A stretch of 64,000 nt of DNA from contig NC_042997.1 of the NCBI RefSeq assembly GCF_006345805.1, positions 131,564,001 to 131,628,000 on the forward strand. The letters run 5' to 3'. Below the pieces are notes generated by a model, which ran no database searches, was not told where the DNA came from, and saw nothing but the letters and a program-made list of their open reading frames with translations. Positions within the stretch are counted from its first letter, which is position 1; every line of letters begins with the position of its first letter. A program made the position numbers and the translations under genes. Below are positions 35,659 to 48,300 of this stretch, one piece after another. The stretch comes from Octopus sinensis. Taxonomy: Eukaryota.

Positions 35659-36060
35659 TCTATATATATAAAGCTGAAGTTGTCTGTGTGTATGTGGCAG
35701 GTTTGGTAGCCTTCAACTAACACTATCTCCTCCGAGACCCTGTGGCGCAAGTTGACCAAAATTGAAAATATGATAGAAGAAGGCTTACCCTTCATTCCGT
35801 TGAAGAAAAAATTCAAATCAGACCATGTTAACACCAAAAATTTTTTACATAAAAAGGTGATTTTTTTTTCTATGAAAATCCCTATTTTTTATGATTTTTT
35901 GACTGCTGTGTCACCATTTTTTGGTGTATTTCAACCAGGAAAAATGTTCACTTAAAGAATATAACAAGCTACATAATGCAAAATTTTTACTTTTCTAAAA
36001 TTCCAATTCTAAATGGTCGAAAAGAAAACAAACCCGAGCACTGCTGGGCTATAATGCTAG
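35659..36060 (+). mobile_element. Non-autonomous Helitron, copy 2
   Basis: A|TCTATATATATAAAGCTGAAG ... CCCGAGCACTGCTGGG hairpin ... GCTAG|T. No TSD. Confidence 0.9.
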
Positions 36061-36129
36061 TATTTTGAAACATTCAGTCTTATGCTCTAACAACTCTCCC
36101 AGTTAGTTGCTTTATATAAATATCAGTTC

Positions 36130-36548
36130 CTCTCGTGCTCTTCGGTACACTGGGCAGCATATTGGCATCACTGGCTTCTGTTGGCTGCATTTTTTTCTAC
36201 ATCCACCCATGTAATATTAACCTTTCATATGTTAGTGATGAATATTCCGTCCCCTGTAGTTTCCAGTCTACTTCCCTCTTTCTTTTTCCTTCTGGTTGTG
36301 TCCATTTAAAAGGTGCTTTAGAATGGCATTGTCCTGGTAACTGAAGTATATGACCCGCTTGTTTCAATCTTTGTTTCATGATGCTTTCACTAAGTGGCCT
36401 TGTGTTGGTTCTATGTAGAATGTAGAACATCTTCATAAGTTATGTAGTCTTTCCAGTATGTTCACAGGATCCTTCTCAAACATCTTTGATGAAAAACATT
36501 TTGCTTTCTTTCTGTTTCCACGGTGCTCTCCCATGTTTCACAAGCATA
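36130..36548 (-). pseudogene. RTE ORF2 C-terminal relic
   Basis: YACETW..FHQRCLRRIL*TYWKDYITYEDVLHRT..RLKQAGHILQLP..W..PEGKRKR, with an in-frame stop and a later frameshift. Confidence 0.88.
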
Positions 36549-37237
36549 GAAAACTTGGTTTTTCTATGTATTTATAGAGCCAGTTCTTTGTATATACACA
36601 TATATACACACACAAACACGTGTGTGTGTATATATATATATATGTATATGCACACATGCACAAACACACACACACACACATATGCATGCATACACACATA
36701 TGTGCACACACACATACACGTATATATTTATATGTGTGTTTATTAATGTTCATTTCCTAGTTATAACTTTTGTTATTACTTCCAGTAATGCCAAATTCTT
36801 TAATTCTGGAATAAATTAGATATGTGGGTGGGGATAGGGGAGAGTGGCACAGAGCATAACTATTTTGTTTGGATATTTGGTAATTTGGCATTCCTTACTG
36901 AAAAACAAATACAAAAACCATAGCTGACGTTGTCTGCAAAGATATGAGGAGAAAATACAAGTAAAAGAAACAAAATTAATCTAGATTAGATGACGATTCA
37001 GGTTCTAGAATGAAGAATATGGTAAACATTTAGCAAAATTAAACAAAGATGACAAAACTATTCCATGTGTTCTGTTTCTTATTTTGGTTTGATGGCAAAT
37101 TAAATGACTTTCTTTGTCTTTTTAATTTCCTCAATTTCCTTTAACACATGCAAACAACAAAAGATAGTATCAATCCAGCCTAGAGATTTTAGTATGTGAT
37201 ATGTGTGTGTGTGTGTATATATACACACACACACATA

Positions 37238-38131
37238 TAGGGTGCAATGGGTAAATTGTCACCATTTTATATTTTTAATTTTGCAGATGTGCATTGTTTG
37301 GTTTTGATTTTGTTGAATACACAGTATAGTAGGGTCAGTTGGGCACCATCTGTGACAAAAAAAACAAAAAAAAGAAAAACCATGATGCAATTCACTCTAG
37401 CAGAAATTTGGAAACAACATGCTGTATTGCTTGGTATTCATGCTGGAATTTCCAATATGAACATTTCAGAGTGTTTGGTGTCAATTTAAGAACATTGCAA
37501 TCTGAGGACAGATACTGAGAGTGATAAAAATCAAACCTCCAGTCAAGATCATGGTGTTTGGAGTGATCCCAAGTGATGGTGACCTTATGCCTCCATTCAT
37601 CTCACATGGCCACAGACTCAACATGGAAGCCTACATCATGTACCTGGAGTAGGTAGTGCTGCCCTGGGTCAAGAGCATAGCTGCTGGAAGACCCTTTGTC
37701 TGGCAACAGGACTCTGCACCATGCCATACAAGCAGGAGAACCCAGTCATGGCTGTCAGACAATTTCTGCAACCACATCGCCCCTAACATCTGGCCACATA
37801 ACTCCCCAGAGTGCAGCTTCCTTGATTATTATGTGTGGGGTGCAGTTGATAGAGAGAAAAAAACCCTTGTAACATCAAAGATGAACTAAAGACAAGGATT
37901 ATGGCAGCATTCACCAACTTAAACAAGGAGATTGTCCAGAAGAGTTGCAGGAGGTTCCACAGTTGTCTGGAGGCCGTGGTCAAAGCCAATGGCGATTTTT
38001 AAAAGTAAATTTACTCTGTAGTATTTCAAGATATTTTTATGTAATTTTGGTAAATATATCTGTAAGAATGAGATGTCAATGTCATTTTCATTTTTGCACA
38101 ATTTAGACAACAGTTTATATACCACACCTTG
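37238..38131 (+). mobile_element. Internally deleted Tc1/mariner (maT/DD37D-like) transposon with transposase relic (37520-37990)
   Basis: TA-flanked diverged TIRs (TAGGGTG..TAAATTGTC / GACAACAGTTTA..CACCTTG). Translation FVWQQDSAPCHTSRRTQSWL..WPHNSPECSFLDYYVWG, with stops and frameshifts. Confidence 0.88.
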
Positions 38132-38578
38132 TATGTATATACACACACACACACCAGTTTAGCATGGAAGGCACACAAAGACAGTTTACTTTACCTAAAC
38201 ATTTATTATTTAGGGTCAAAATTTCATTACATCACCTGCAACCTGGTCACTGACCTGATTCCACTACTTCTCATTTTGTTACAAAAGTGTTGCATTGTTG
38301 AAAACCTTGCTGTGATACGGAATTCTGTAATGTGGATCCTATTTCCCCAGCTGATGTGTAACATGGAAGTGAATGCAAAAATTTATTTAGTGATGGTCAT
38401 TCCCACCAAATATAACAATATCTGTTTCAACACATGATTTCACATCAAGAATCTTGTGAAACAAGTACATAAAACATAGAATGCACAAATCGATGTCTCA
38501 TTATGGGGTTACACATTATTGTAAGGTTTTTAAAAACAAAATGCTTATATTGTGTTCACATCCCACAAGAGTCAACTA

Positions 38579-38937
38579 CAGGCGTAGAAGTGGCTGTGTG
38601 GTAAGTAGCTTGCTTACCAACCACATGGTACTGGGTTCAGTCCCACTGCATGGCACCTTGGGCAAGTGTCTTCTACTATAGCCTCGGGCCGACCAAAGCC
38701 TTGTGAGTGGATTTGGTAGACGGAAACTGAAAGAAGCCCGTCGTATATATGTGTGTATATATATATATATATTTATATATAAAACCACTATTATGCAAAT
38801 CAAACAAAGAAAGACTTAATCCAATACATAAAAAATTTATATAAATTAAATAAATTAAATAAAATTAAGTTAAATTTTTTTTATTTAATTTTATTTAATT
38901 TATATAAATTTTTTATGTATTGGATTAAGTCTTTCTT

Positions 38938-39000
<63 letters not shown>

Positions 39001-39198
39001 ATGTTTGTGTGTCTGTGTTTGTCCCTTCAACATTGCTTGACAACCGATGCTGGTGTGTTTACATCCCCGTAACTTAGAGACCGATAGAATAAGTACTAGG
39101 CTTACAAAGAATAAGTCCTGAGGTCGATTTGCTCGATTAAAAGGTGGTGTTCCAGCATGGCCGCAGTCAAATGACTGAAACAAGTAAAAGAGTAAAAG
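38579..39198 (+). mobile_element. SINE family B interrupted in its central (TA)n by a fold-back insert
   Basis: 5' half at 38579-38760, 3' half at 38990-39198. Confidence 0.9.
38804..38940. repeat. Near-perfect ~61-bp inverted repeat (fold-back)
   Basis: ACAAAGAAAGACTTAATCCAATACATAAAAAATTTATATAAATTAAATAAATTAAATAAAA mirrored with a single extra T. Confidence 0.95.
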
Positions 39199-39434
39199 TG
39201 TATTGCCATTTAGTTTCATAGGGTTTATATAGTAATTACAAACCAAAGAATGTGTTGGATTCATTATAACTAAGTATATCCTACCTCAATGTGTGTGGCC
39301 TTATGCCTACATTAGATGTCAAATTTGTTAAGTAAATGTGTTTTGGCTTGTCAGCAATGGTACAACAAAGTATGTTATTGTGTGTATATGTGTGTATTTG
39401 TGTGTATGTATAATATTACCTCTGAAATTTGTTC

Positions 39435-39660
39435 AGTATGGAATGACACTGCTTATATGGTAGTCTTTATCATACAATGGTAGTTGTTATCATACAAGCA
39501 GTGTCATATATTTCCAACCTTCCATGAAACCTTTTTCCGGTCATGTAAATATTCCCTTGCTTGAAAACAAAGGTTGGCAACAGGAAGGGCATCCAGTCAT
39601 AGAAAATCTACCTCAGCAAATTCAGTCTTATTCAAGCACACATAGAGAAATGGGTGGTAA
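39435..39660 (+). mobile_element. Older RTE-tail family R3
   Basis: GGTTGGCAACAGGAAGGGCATCCAGTCATAGAAAATCT. The 3' end is cut by the Helitron. Confidence 0.7.
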
Positions 39661-39661
39661 A

Positions 39662-40063
39662 TCTATATATATATATATATAAAGCTGAGGTTGTCTGTGT
39701 GTGTGTGGCAGGTTTGGTAGCATTCAACTAACACTATCTCCTCTGAGACCCTGCAGTGCAAGTTAACCAAAATTGAGAGTATGATAGAAGAAGGCTTGCT
39801 CTTCCTTCTGTAGAAGAAAAGATTCAAATCAGACCATGTTAACACCAAAAATTATTTACATCAAAAAGGTGTTTTTTATCTATGAAAATCCCTATTTTTT
39901 ATGATTTTTTGACTGCTGTGTCGCCAGTTTTCAGTGTATTTCAACCAGAAAAATGTCCACTTAAAGAGAATAACAAGATACATAATGCAAAATATTTACT
40001 TTTCAAAAATTCCAATTCTAAATGGTCGAAACAAACCCGAGCAACGCCGGGTGATACTGCTAG
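39662..40063 (+). mobile_element. Non-autonomous Helitron, copy 3
   Basis: A|TCTATATA.. ... CCCGAGCAACGCCGGG hairpin-TGATACTGCTAG|T. Confidence 0.92.
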
Positions 40064-40784
40064 TTGATGATAATGATGGAAAATGTTTTTAATGAGTTAG
40101 CATGTATATTGTAGAATTTCTATTCAATTTTTTTCTTTTTCTTTACTAAACCCTTTCATTCTTAGTCTTCTGTTGCTCTGTCTTCTTTTTCTTCTCCCTC
40201 CCCTCCTTCTCTCTTTTCATTCGTTCACTCCAACGCCCACTTTCTTCTCTCTCAATATCTTAATTCTCTTTTCCTTATCTTCATTTAAATCTACACCAGT
40301 AGTTATTTTAATTTTATCAACTGTTGTGATTGGTTGACTAACAAAATTAGTTTTAGACCATAAAATCCAGCAACTAAATACTCTACAATGTATTTAGTCA
40401 TCCCTTAATCTACTGCCTTTACCATTTCTTATATCATTTGTCTTTAAAATAACTATCTTATCCCCTTTTCCTTTTTTATGCTTTCTTCACTCCCCTTTTT
40501 ATGTTTTTGTTTCCATGCCCCCACCATCTTTAATTGAAAGCAAGGGTGAGAAACGATAGAGATAATTATCTAATGATATACAAATTTGTGAGAAAAGCGA
40601 AACTGAAATGTGTGAAGGTAATAGTGCTAGTGGAAGAGATGGTGAGAATAGATATTAGAGAGGAGTGAAAGAGAAGAGAAAGAGATGGCAGAGAGAGATA
40701 GAGAGAAAGAAATGAGAAAACAGCTGGTCAGAAGACTGATAGATGTGAGAAAGGGTAGGGATGTTGCCTGTACACATACATGCA

Positions 40785-40905
40785 CAGTAGAGACCAATAG
40801 AATAAATGCTAGGCTTACAAAGAATAAGTCCTTGGGTCAATTTCTTTGACTAAAGGTGGTGTTCCAGCATGGCCACAGTCAAATGACTGAAACAAATAAA
40901 AGAAT
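40785..40905 (+). mobile_element. SINE family B, 3' fragment
   Basis: GAGACCAATAGAATAA..CCAGCATGGCCACAGTCAAATGACTGAAAC. Confidence 0.8.
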
Positions 40906-40957
40906 ATACATATACATACATATATATATGTGTATATATATATATATACATATATAT

Positions 40958-41184
40958 TCCAAGGAATCTAATGCTCTTAGCTTAGTTTTGCCTTGGGGCT
41001 GGCCAGATTGGAGCAATCTCAAGAATAATCAGCTGAAATTGCGAGGATAATCTGGTTCTTGACTGAAGATAGAAAACTTCGAATGACCCATCCTTGTTTT
41101 CTTTGTATCATCTATCTGGATGTTTTGTTGTCCCTTTTTGTATCACCTAGTTGTCTGGATGTTTTGCGTTCTTGTCCCATTTTG

Positions 41185-41190
<6 letters not shown>
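40958..41190 (+). mobile_element. Probable Penelope-like terminal fragment in (TA)n
   Basis: Flanked by (TA)n on both sides. Contains CTGAAGA..CGAA and a short duplicated TCTGGATGTTTTG. Confidence 0.4.
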
Positions 41191-41221
<31 letters not shown>

Positions 41222-41237
41222 CACTAATATAGATATA

Positions 41238-41276
<39 letters not shown>

Positions 41277-41598
41277 CAATATATTACATCAGGACACTGT
41301 TATATATAGCCTCATCCAAGCTTACTACAGTTGAGGTGGTGAGCCAGAATGGTTTAATTGAAATTACAACCCAAATGACAAAAAGTCATTAGCATTAATG
41401 AAAATTTGTACTCAGTAGGGCAAAGGAGATAACTCTTAAAAATTTCAATCAAACAAAAATTCAGCTCTAATGGAAATGTGCAAGAGCTGATCATATCAAC
41501 AAAGGAGAGTGATGTTTGATCTTTAGCAGCTAGGGTGACAACTCTAGACAGGTTTCAGTCTTACCAGACTATTTCAGCAAATTAAATAAATAAAATAA

Positions 41599-41962
41599 AA
41601 CAAGAGCACTCAGGGAATGCAAACCTCTGCCAAGGCAACACCAATATTCTCTCAACAATTAACCTAAGATGATTTATAAAATGAGAATTTCTTAAATAAA
41701 CTCGACTGCTCTCACAAACAACAATACTAAAAATAAACCTGACTGCTCTCAAAAACGAAGTAAAAACACTGGAAAAATAATCCAGAATGCTTGTCTTGTA
41801 CTGGATTGATCCCAAAATCTAATTAGTTCGTGCCAGTCACGAGGTTAAACATCCTTGAAATTTTCGTCCGAATCCATCCAGTGGTTCTTGAGATATCTTG
41901 TCCAGAGACAAACAAACATGACTGAAAACAAATTATCTGCCTTCTCTAAGGCGGAGGTAATA
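41599..41962 (+). mobile_element. Non-autonomous DNA element with subterminal inverted repeats (class uncertain: Helentron/HINE- or Crypton-like)
   Basis: 5' AACAAGAGCACTCAG..ACCTCTGCCAAGGC and 3' GCCTT..GGCGGAGGTAATAA. No TSD seen. Confidence 0.55.
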
Positions 41963-42109
41963 ATAATATTTTGTGTAAAGATCAAATGATTAGAAAGATT
42001 AAAATGACATTTCAAAATTTCCCAAGTTTACTTTCTGCAGGAGAAGTATATAGCTAAGTGCAGGTTATACATGAATCACACATACATTTGGTTTTTCACA
42101 AGCTTACAG

Positions 42110-42319
42110 GCTGATCAGACTGGAGCTTATCTCAGTTTCAATATGTTGATCCAGTCCACTCAGCTGGCAAAAATGAGCAGTACCTGTATTCTAAATTACT
42201 CTTTTTGGAGCTTGAATGACATTATGGATATGCATCTCTGTGGAGTACTCAGCCATTTGCATATTAATTTCACAAGCAGGCTGTTCCATTGATCGAATCA
42301 ACTGGAACCTTGTCATAAC
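42110..42319 (+). mobile_element. Diverged SINE, body C plus tail Y
   Basis: CCAGTCCACTCAGCTGGCAAAAATGAG (C) followed by CTGTGGAGTACTCAGCC..GCAGGCTGTTCC.TTGAT (the tail of the 46471 copy). Confidence 0.75.
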
Positions 42320-42770
42320 CATCATCATCATTGTTTGACCGTGGTCGAGACAATGGAATCTACCATGTTACACCAGACTTCACGGTCCATCATAGCATTA
42401 TGGAGGTCCTGCTGCTGGATGCCTGTATCTCTGGAGATTACATCAGGGTAGGAGAGTATGTGCCCTCTGGTATCGTGAGCATATGGCTTCCAGAGGAGAA
42501 GAGTAGAAATTACCTCGTCTTCAGCTCTACAACAATGTCCAGCAAACTGGACTCTTCTACTTTTCACAAGAGATGATACAGGTGGTAGCCTCCCATATAT
42601 TTGCACTTTGGTTGGATGACGCTTCCACAAGAGATTTTGAGATCTCATAAGGAGGCGAGTGTAAGTTCCATCCAACCGCCTCTCAAGCTTCTTTGATAAC
42701 ATCCAGGTTTCTGAGCCATATAGTAGAATTGGTTCGACTGTAGGTAGGGATGTTCTAGGGGACACATTGC
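42320..42770 (-). pseudogene. 5'-truncated RTE LINE: open ORF2 C-terminus (~140 aa) directly followed by a (TGA)n tail
   Basis: VEPILLYGSETWMLSKKLERRLDGTYTRLL..RRVQFAGHCCR..DREVW. Stop at 42328-42330 merges with the tail. Confidence 0.92.
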
Positions 42771-42958
42771 ATACTCTCTCTCCTCCTGAACAGGGTGCCG
42801 GTCAATCACAGGGCTAATGTCTGGCTATTGTTCGTATTCATTTTCAGTCAAGTGGATGTGAAATGAAGTGTTTTGCATAAAGTCTCGGTGTACTGCCTGG
42901 GCTGAGAATTGAAACCACAACATTCATGAGTCTAATGCCCTAATCACTGGGCCACACA
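42771..42958 (-). mobile_element. SINE family C-like (diverged)
   Basis: GTGAAATGAAGTG..GAATTGAAACCACAA..CCCTAATCACTGGGCCAC. Confidence 0.65.
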
Positions 42959-43405
42959 CCACACATACAACACATATCCCTTTCCTTTCACACCCTCCTT
43001 TCTCTCTCACCAACATCAAAGTTAAAGAAACTAAAAGCAGCAGCAGAAATAGCACCACCACCACCAACAAACTAGTGACTAGAATCGTTGTCAAAGAGGA
43101 GGGTAGTTTCATGTGAAACTTGTTACCATATAAAGATCTGTCTCACAATTCAGCGCTATACATGAAAGTGTCGGACATAATGAAACTAAATATGATAGCT
43201 TAATGAGGTTTCTATAGAAACACAATGACATCTTTTAATTTCTTTCTTTATTTGGCTTCAGCAGACTAGAAAATATCAGAATAATAGTTCTATTCCACTT
43301 GGATTATATTTACTCCTCTTGATTCTATCAACTGTCCATGTTGATAGGGTTATATAATGCATTTATTCATTGTTGTTATTATTATTATTATTACTATTAT
43401 CTTAT

Positions 43406-43803
43406 AAGGTGGCGAGATGGCAGAAACGTTAGCAGGCCGGGCGAAATGCTTAGCGGTATTTTGTCTGCCGCTACGTTCTGAGTTCAAATTCCGCCGAGGC
43501 CGACTTGCTTTCATCCTTTCAGGGTCGATTAAATAAGTACCAGTTACGCACTGGGGTTGATATAATCGACTTAATCTGTGTGTCTGTCCTTGTTTGTCCC
43601 CTCTGTGTTTAGCCCCTTGTGGGTAATAAAGAAATAAGTATTTCGTCTGTCTTTACGTTCCATGTGCAAGTGCTGCTGGTGTTGACTTTACCTTTCATCC
43701 TTTTGGGGTCGATAAATTAAGTACCAGTGAAACACTGGAGTCAATGAAGTCGACTGTCCCCTTCCCCCAAATTTCAGGTCTTGTGCCTATAGTAGAAAGG
43801 ATA

Positions 43804-43836
<33 letters not shown>

Positions 43837-44054
43837 ATATAAGGATGTGTGCTGGCAGAATTGTTAGCACACTGGGTAAAACGCTTAGCGGTATTTCATC
43901 TGTCTTCGTGTTCTAAGTCCAAATGCTGTCAGAGTCGACTTTGCCTTTCATCCTTTCGGAGTCAATAAATTAAGTACCAGTTACGCACTGGGGTTGATGT
44001 AATCGACTCATCCCCTCCCCCAAAATTTCAGGCCTTGTACATTTAGTAGAAACG

Positions 44055-44095
<41 letters not shown>

Positions 44096-44310
44096 AGGAG
44101 GTGAGCTGGCAGAATCACTATTGTTCTGGGTAAAATGCTAAGCAGCATTTTGTCTGTCTACAGTCTGAGTTCAAATTTTGATTTTGCCTTTCATCCTTTC
44201 AGGGTTGATAAAATAAATACCAGCTGAATACTGGGGTTGATGTCATTGACTTAATTCCCACCCTAAATTACTGGCCTTATTCCAAAATTTGAAACCATTA
44301 TTATTTTTAT
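43406..44310 (+). mobile_element. Cluster of SINE M copies separated by (ATT)n
   Basis: Headed copy 43406-43637, headless unit 43638-43800, copies ~43840-44056 and ~44094-44300. (ATT)n tracts lie before, between and after the copies. Confidence 0.9.
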
Positions 44311-44311
44311 G

Positions 44312-44345
<34 letters not shown>

Positions 44346-44346
<1 letters not shown>

Positions 44347-44690
44347 ATGAAAACTCACAGCTTATTTTGTTGGGTATGATGGAAAGTATCAACTATCCAC
44401 AGCCAGCAGACTAAGGTGACACTTGTTTACTGGTCATGCTTCAAGAACCCAACGAAGAATTCTTGCAGTTCCAAGTAATGCTGATTTTTGTAGGTGTTCT
44501 ATCTTCACACTTGCACCGACCTTTTTCAGCCATGCTGGTAGTTGAGTGCTGATACTTCCAAGTGCACCAATCACTAGTGGTATCAACGTCTACTCTCTTC
44601 ATTGACCACAACCGTCGTATTTCCCACTTTAAATCGTCATTGTTGTTTATTTTTTCTTCTTCTTTCACATTATCCAAGGTGTCCTTTTGT
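44346..44690 (-). pseudogene. 3' end of an R4/Dong-like (RLE) non-LTR retrotransposon abutting (TAA)n
   Basis: DLKWEIRRLWSMKRVDV(fs)IPLVIGALGSISTQLPAWLKKVG..LQKSALLGTARILRWVLEA*, then a ~105-bp UTR, then (TAA)n. Confidence 0.85.
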
Positions 44691-45465
44691 GTTTTCAAAA
44701 TGACTAAGTGGATCTGAGAGTGATTTTTGGGTGTTATTCCTAGCCAGCCAATGACCATGCAGAAGCTTACTCATTGATTTACAAAAAAGGAAACAAAAAA
44801 AAAACCCTTTGCACTACTATTAAAGATTATTAATACTGGTTCCTGTTAGCTTTGAGGATTGTGTTTCTATGAAATAATGTCAGAATCCTAAATATCTGTC
44901 CAATTATTATTATTCTCTGAGTGCAAAGAAAAGGGCAGATTGTTGTTTTACATTATAATGTAGTTTATGCTGCTATAGTCAGACTAAGTGGCATTTTGAT
45001 GTTGGAGAATGAGTAACAATAAACAAAGACAACAACCAAACAATACTATAATAAACAAACAATGCAACAGAAAAGCAAAACATTAACTGCTTGATGTGAA
45101 ACTAAACACTTTTTTTTTTTAGTAGAAACGCCATATTAGAAGCCTGGCTACAACAGAAACGAACAGTAGCCAGGCTTATATATTTATAAAAATGTGTGTG
45201 TGCAGACACATAGCTATATTGTACTTATATTTACACACATACAAACACATATATTTATTAAAGGAGTTTTGTTTTTCTTGAAGATTTTATAAAATTAATC
45301 TGTCCCTGGGGCTAATAATATTCCCAGTACAGCAAAATCATGTTTCGAAGTTTGTTTAATCTTAAGAAAGTGATGTCCTTGTTTAAAATTTATTTATGGT
45401 AACAATGGATAAACCTTAGTTTATGCAGTCACCCTAGCACATAAAATTGAATATTCTTGCACACT

Positions 45466-45503
<38 letters not shown>

Positions 45504-45505
<2 letters not shown>

Positions 45506-45918
45506 GGTACAGAAGTAGCTGTGTGGTAAGAAGCTTGCTTCCCAACTACATGGTTCTGGGTTCAGTCCCACTTCGTGGTACCTTGAGCAAGTGTCTTCTA
45601 CTATAACCTTGTGCTGACCAAAGCCTTGTGAGTGGATATGGTAAATGGAAACTGAAAGAAGCCTGTCGTATATATATGTATGTATGTATGTATGTATTTG
45701 TTATTTGTGTCTGCGTTTGTCCTCACACCATTGCTTGATAACTGATGTTGGTGTGTTTGTGACTCTGTAACTTAGTGGTTCGGCAAAAAGAGAATGATAG
45801 AATAAGTACTAGGCTTGCAATGAATAAGTCATGGGGTTGATTTACTCGAATAAAGATTGTGCTCCAGCATGGATGCATTCAAATGACTGAAACAAGTAAA
45901 AGAATAAAAGAATAAAAA
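45504..45918 (+). mobile_element. SINE family B, full length
   Basis: Consensus head to (AAAAGAAT)n tail. Confidence 0.9.
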
Positions 45919-45930
45919 TATGTATATATA

Positions 45931-46365
45931 TCATCATCATCGTCATTTAATGTCCAATTTCCATGCTGCATGGTTTGGATGATTTGACTGAGGACTGGCA
46001 AACCAGATGGCTGCATCAGGCTCCAATCTTGATCAGGCAGAGTTTCTACAGCTGGATGCCCTTCCTAATGCTAACCACTCAGAGTGTAGTGGGTGTTTTT
46101 ACGTGCCACCGGCACAAGGGCTAGTCTGGTGGTACTGGCAACGGCCATGCTCAAATGGTATTTTTTACGTGGTCGAATGTTTTGTTCACATGCCACCAGC
46201 ACAAGTTCCAGTAAGGCGACGCTGGTAATGATCACGCTCAAATGGTGCTTTTTACGTGCCACTGGCACGGAAGCCAGACAGCTGCTCTGGCAGTGATCCC
46301 GCTTCGATGGTGCTGTTAGCGCTCCACTGGCACGAATTTGGTTCAATTTTGATTTCACTTGCCCT
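45931..46365 (-). mobile_element. RTE 3'-end element R2 (long copy), tail-to-tail with SINE B
   Basis: (CAT)n start and R2 body with several internal units. Confidence 0.9.
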
Positions 46366-46470
46366 ATCTCAAAATATAAAGAACCAGAACAAATATCGCC
46401 ACACATTTTGTCCGATGCTCAAACGATTCTACCAATTCTGCACCATTGTAACATGTACATATAGTCATAA

Positions 46471-46840
46471 AATGGCCCAGTGGTTAGGGCAGCGGACTCA
46501 CGGTCGTAGGATCGCGGTTTCAATTCCCAGACCAGGTGTCGTGAATGTTTATTGAGCGAAAACACCTAAAGCTCCACGAGGCTCCGGCAGGGATGGTGGT
46601 GATCCCTGCTGTACTCTTTCACCACAACTTTCTCTTACTTCCTGTTTCTGTTGTACCTGTATTTCAAAGGGCCGGCCTTGTCACTCTCTGTGTCACGCTG
46701 AATATCCCCGAGAACTACATTAAGGGTACACATGTCTGTGGAGTGCTCAGCCACTTACACGTTAAATTCACGAGCAGGCTGTTCCGTTGATTCGGATCAA
46801 CCGGAACCCTCGTCGTCGTAACCGACGGAGTGCTTCCATC
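46471..46840 (+). mobile_element. tRNA-derived SINE, head D plus tail Y, young copy
   Basis: TGGCCCAGTGGTTAGGGCAGCGGACTC head, ending CCCTCGTCGTCGTAACCGACGGAGTGC with CpGs intact. Confidence 0.92.
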
Positions 46841-47454
46841 CACATACATTGACAAAGAAATGGCTATCTCTCTCTCATGCACACACATATACATACAGTC
46901 ACATAGGACAGGAAACTATTCAACTCTCTGTATCATGATAAATAATTAAAATGCGATTGGAATCTAAACAGTGTGAGTCATCATCTATCAGAAAACATTG
47001 TCATATTGCCAAAATAAAATATTGTCAATTCACAAGAATTAGTAACCTAATTTGCAGACTTGCTAATGAAGTGGATAACTGCTGCTTAAGAATCTAACAT
47101 TACTGGAGGCTGCTTGAAATATTTGGCAGTGCTAGTTGTATATTTGAATGAAATTTTTAAATTTGTGTCACCATGTTTAATGCAGCGAATGTTAAATTGC
47201 TAGCAGTAAGTAATTATGCAGTGAGGTGAACAAGCAATATTAGGCATTCTGAATATCATTTGAATTATGTTGGTGAATATGGGTGATAACTTTGAACATG
47301 CTTCGGTGTTATTATGACCTGTCTTATCAGTGAAACATAGGCTCAGCTGTAGCTGCTAAAGTAGTGATGAGGAAGGATCATCAAGGGTATGAAAAATTTG
47401 TGAATAAATAACTTACATGCAAGTAATAATTAGTTGTTGTAAACTACTGCGTTA

Positions 47455-47690
47455 AAACACTTTTGTCGTCATATTTCTCTTGTAATGCACTGTTTTTATT
47501 TCAATTAATATCTTAACATAATGAAGAATTTAGTAAAATAGCTTCCTTGTTATTAAGCTGCTGCTTTAAACATGAATTAACATGAAAATTTTATGCATCA
47601 TTTTAATTTAGATCACTTCAAACAGGAAATTTGTATCATAGAACTGGAGACGCACTCAGGTGGGTTGGTACCAAATGTCTTAACACTTAA
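47455..47690. mobile_element. Degraded piggyBac-type MITE
   Basis: Reverse-complement relative of 52211-52407 (CAGG.GGGTTGGTA..TTAA end). Confidence 0.6.
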
Positions 47691-47991
47691 CTGTTAATTT
47701 TCATGGAGATGGCATCACTGAGTTATTTAATTCTGTAAGCAATATTTAAAATTAGATTGGTTCCATTTAGAAACTTTATTGGGTATGACATTAGATATTA
47801 CACATTTTGATGAAAATTACCCAACCATTGAGTTACAGTTAAAGAACCACTTCTCAGAGTGCACCGTGTTCTTGTAATCTGTTGCTAATAAGAATTTGGG
47901 TGTTTGATATATTGACTTATAGGATTTTGATTTGAATTGGAAATTCATCTTCAGTATATAAAAGTTCACAATAATTATTGCCTCTGTTCAA

Positions 47992-48300
47992 TCTATTATA
48001 TAAAATCCATTCTGTGTGTGTGTGTGTGTGTGTGTCTTCTAGGATCTCCAGCATCCTCCATCCGATTGCGCTCAAATTTGATATGTAGATACCGACGGTA
48101 TCAGGGCGTGTATAAGTCTTGAAAAAATTACAAAAATCGATTCCAGGTGAGAATGTGATTGATAAAGCTGTAGGAACTTGCATTTGTATGTGCAAGTACA
48201 TCAGCTGTTGTGATCGATACTACGCGCACGCGAGAAAAATGCACGTGCAGTTTGCACAAAAAAAGCCGGCTGGCTTGAAATAATGCCACAAAATGCAGTA
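47992..48300 (+). mobile_element. Probable 5' part of a second Helitron-type family
   Basis: A|TCTATTATATAAAA, (GT)n, then TCCGATTGCGCTCAAATTTG. No 3' CTAG with hairpin found. Confidence 0.4.

Noticed and set aside
38212-38520. CCDTEFCN (Ly6/three-finger-like motif) in one frame
   Set aside because: The frame has several stops on both sides and no matching cysteine pattern or splice sites. It is probably chance or an unrecognised decayed element.
47058-47205. TTTGCAG...GCA|GTAAGT exon-like segment
   Set aside because: There are stops in all frames, so it could only be non-coding, and nothing else supports it.
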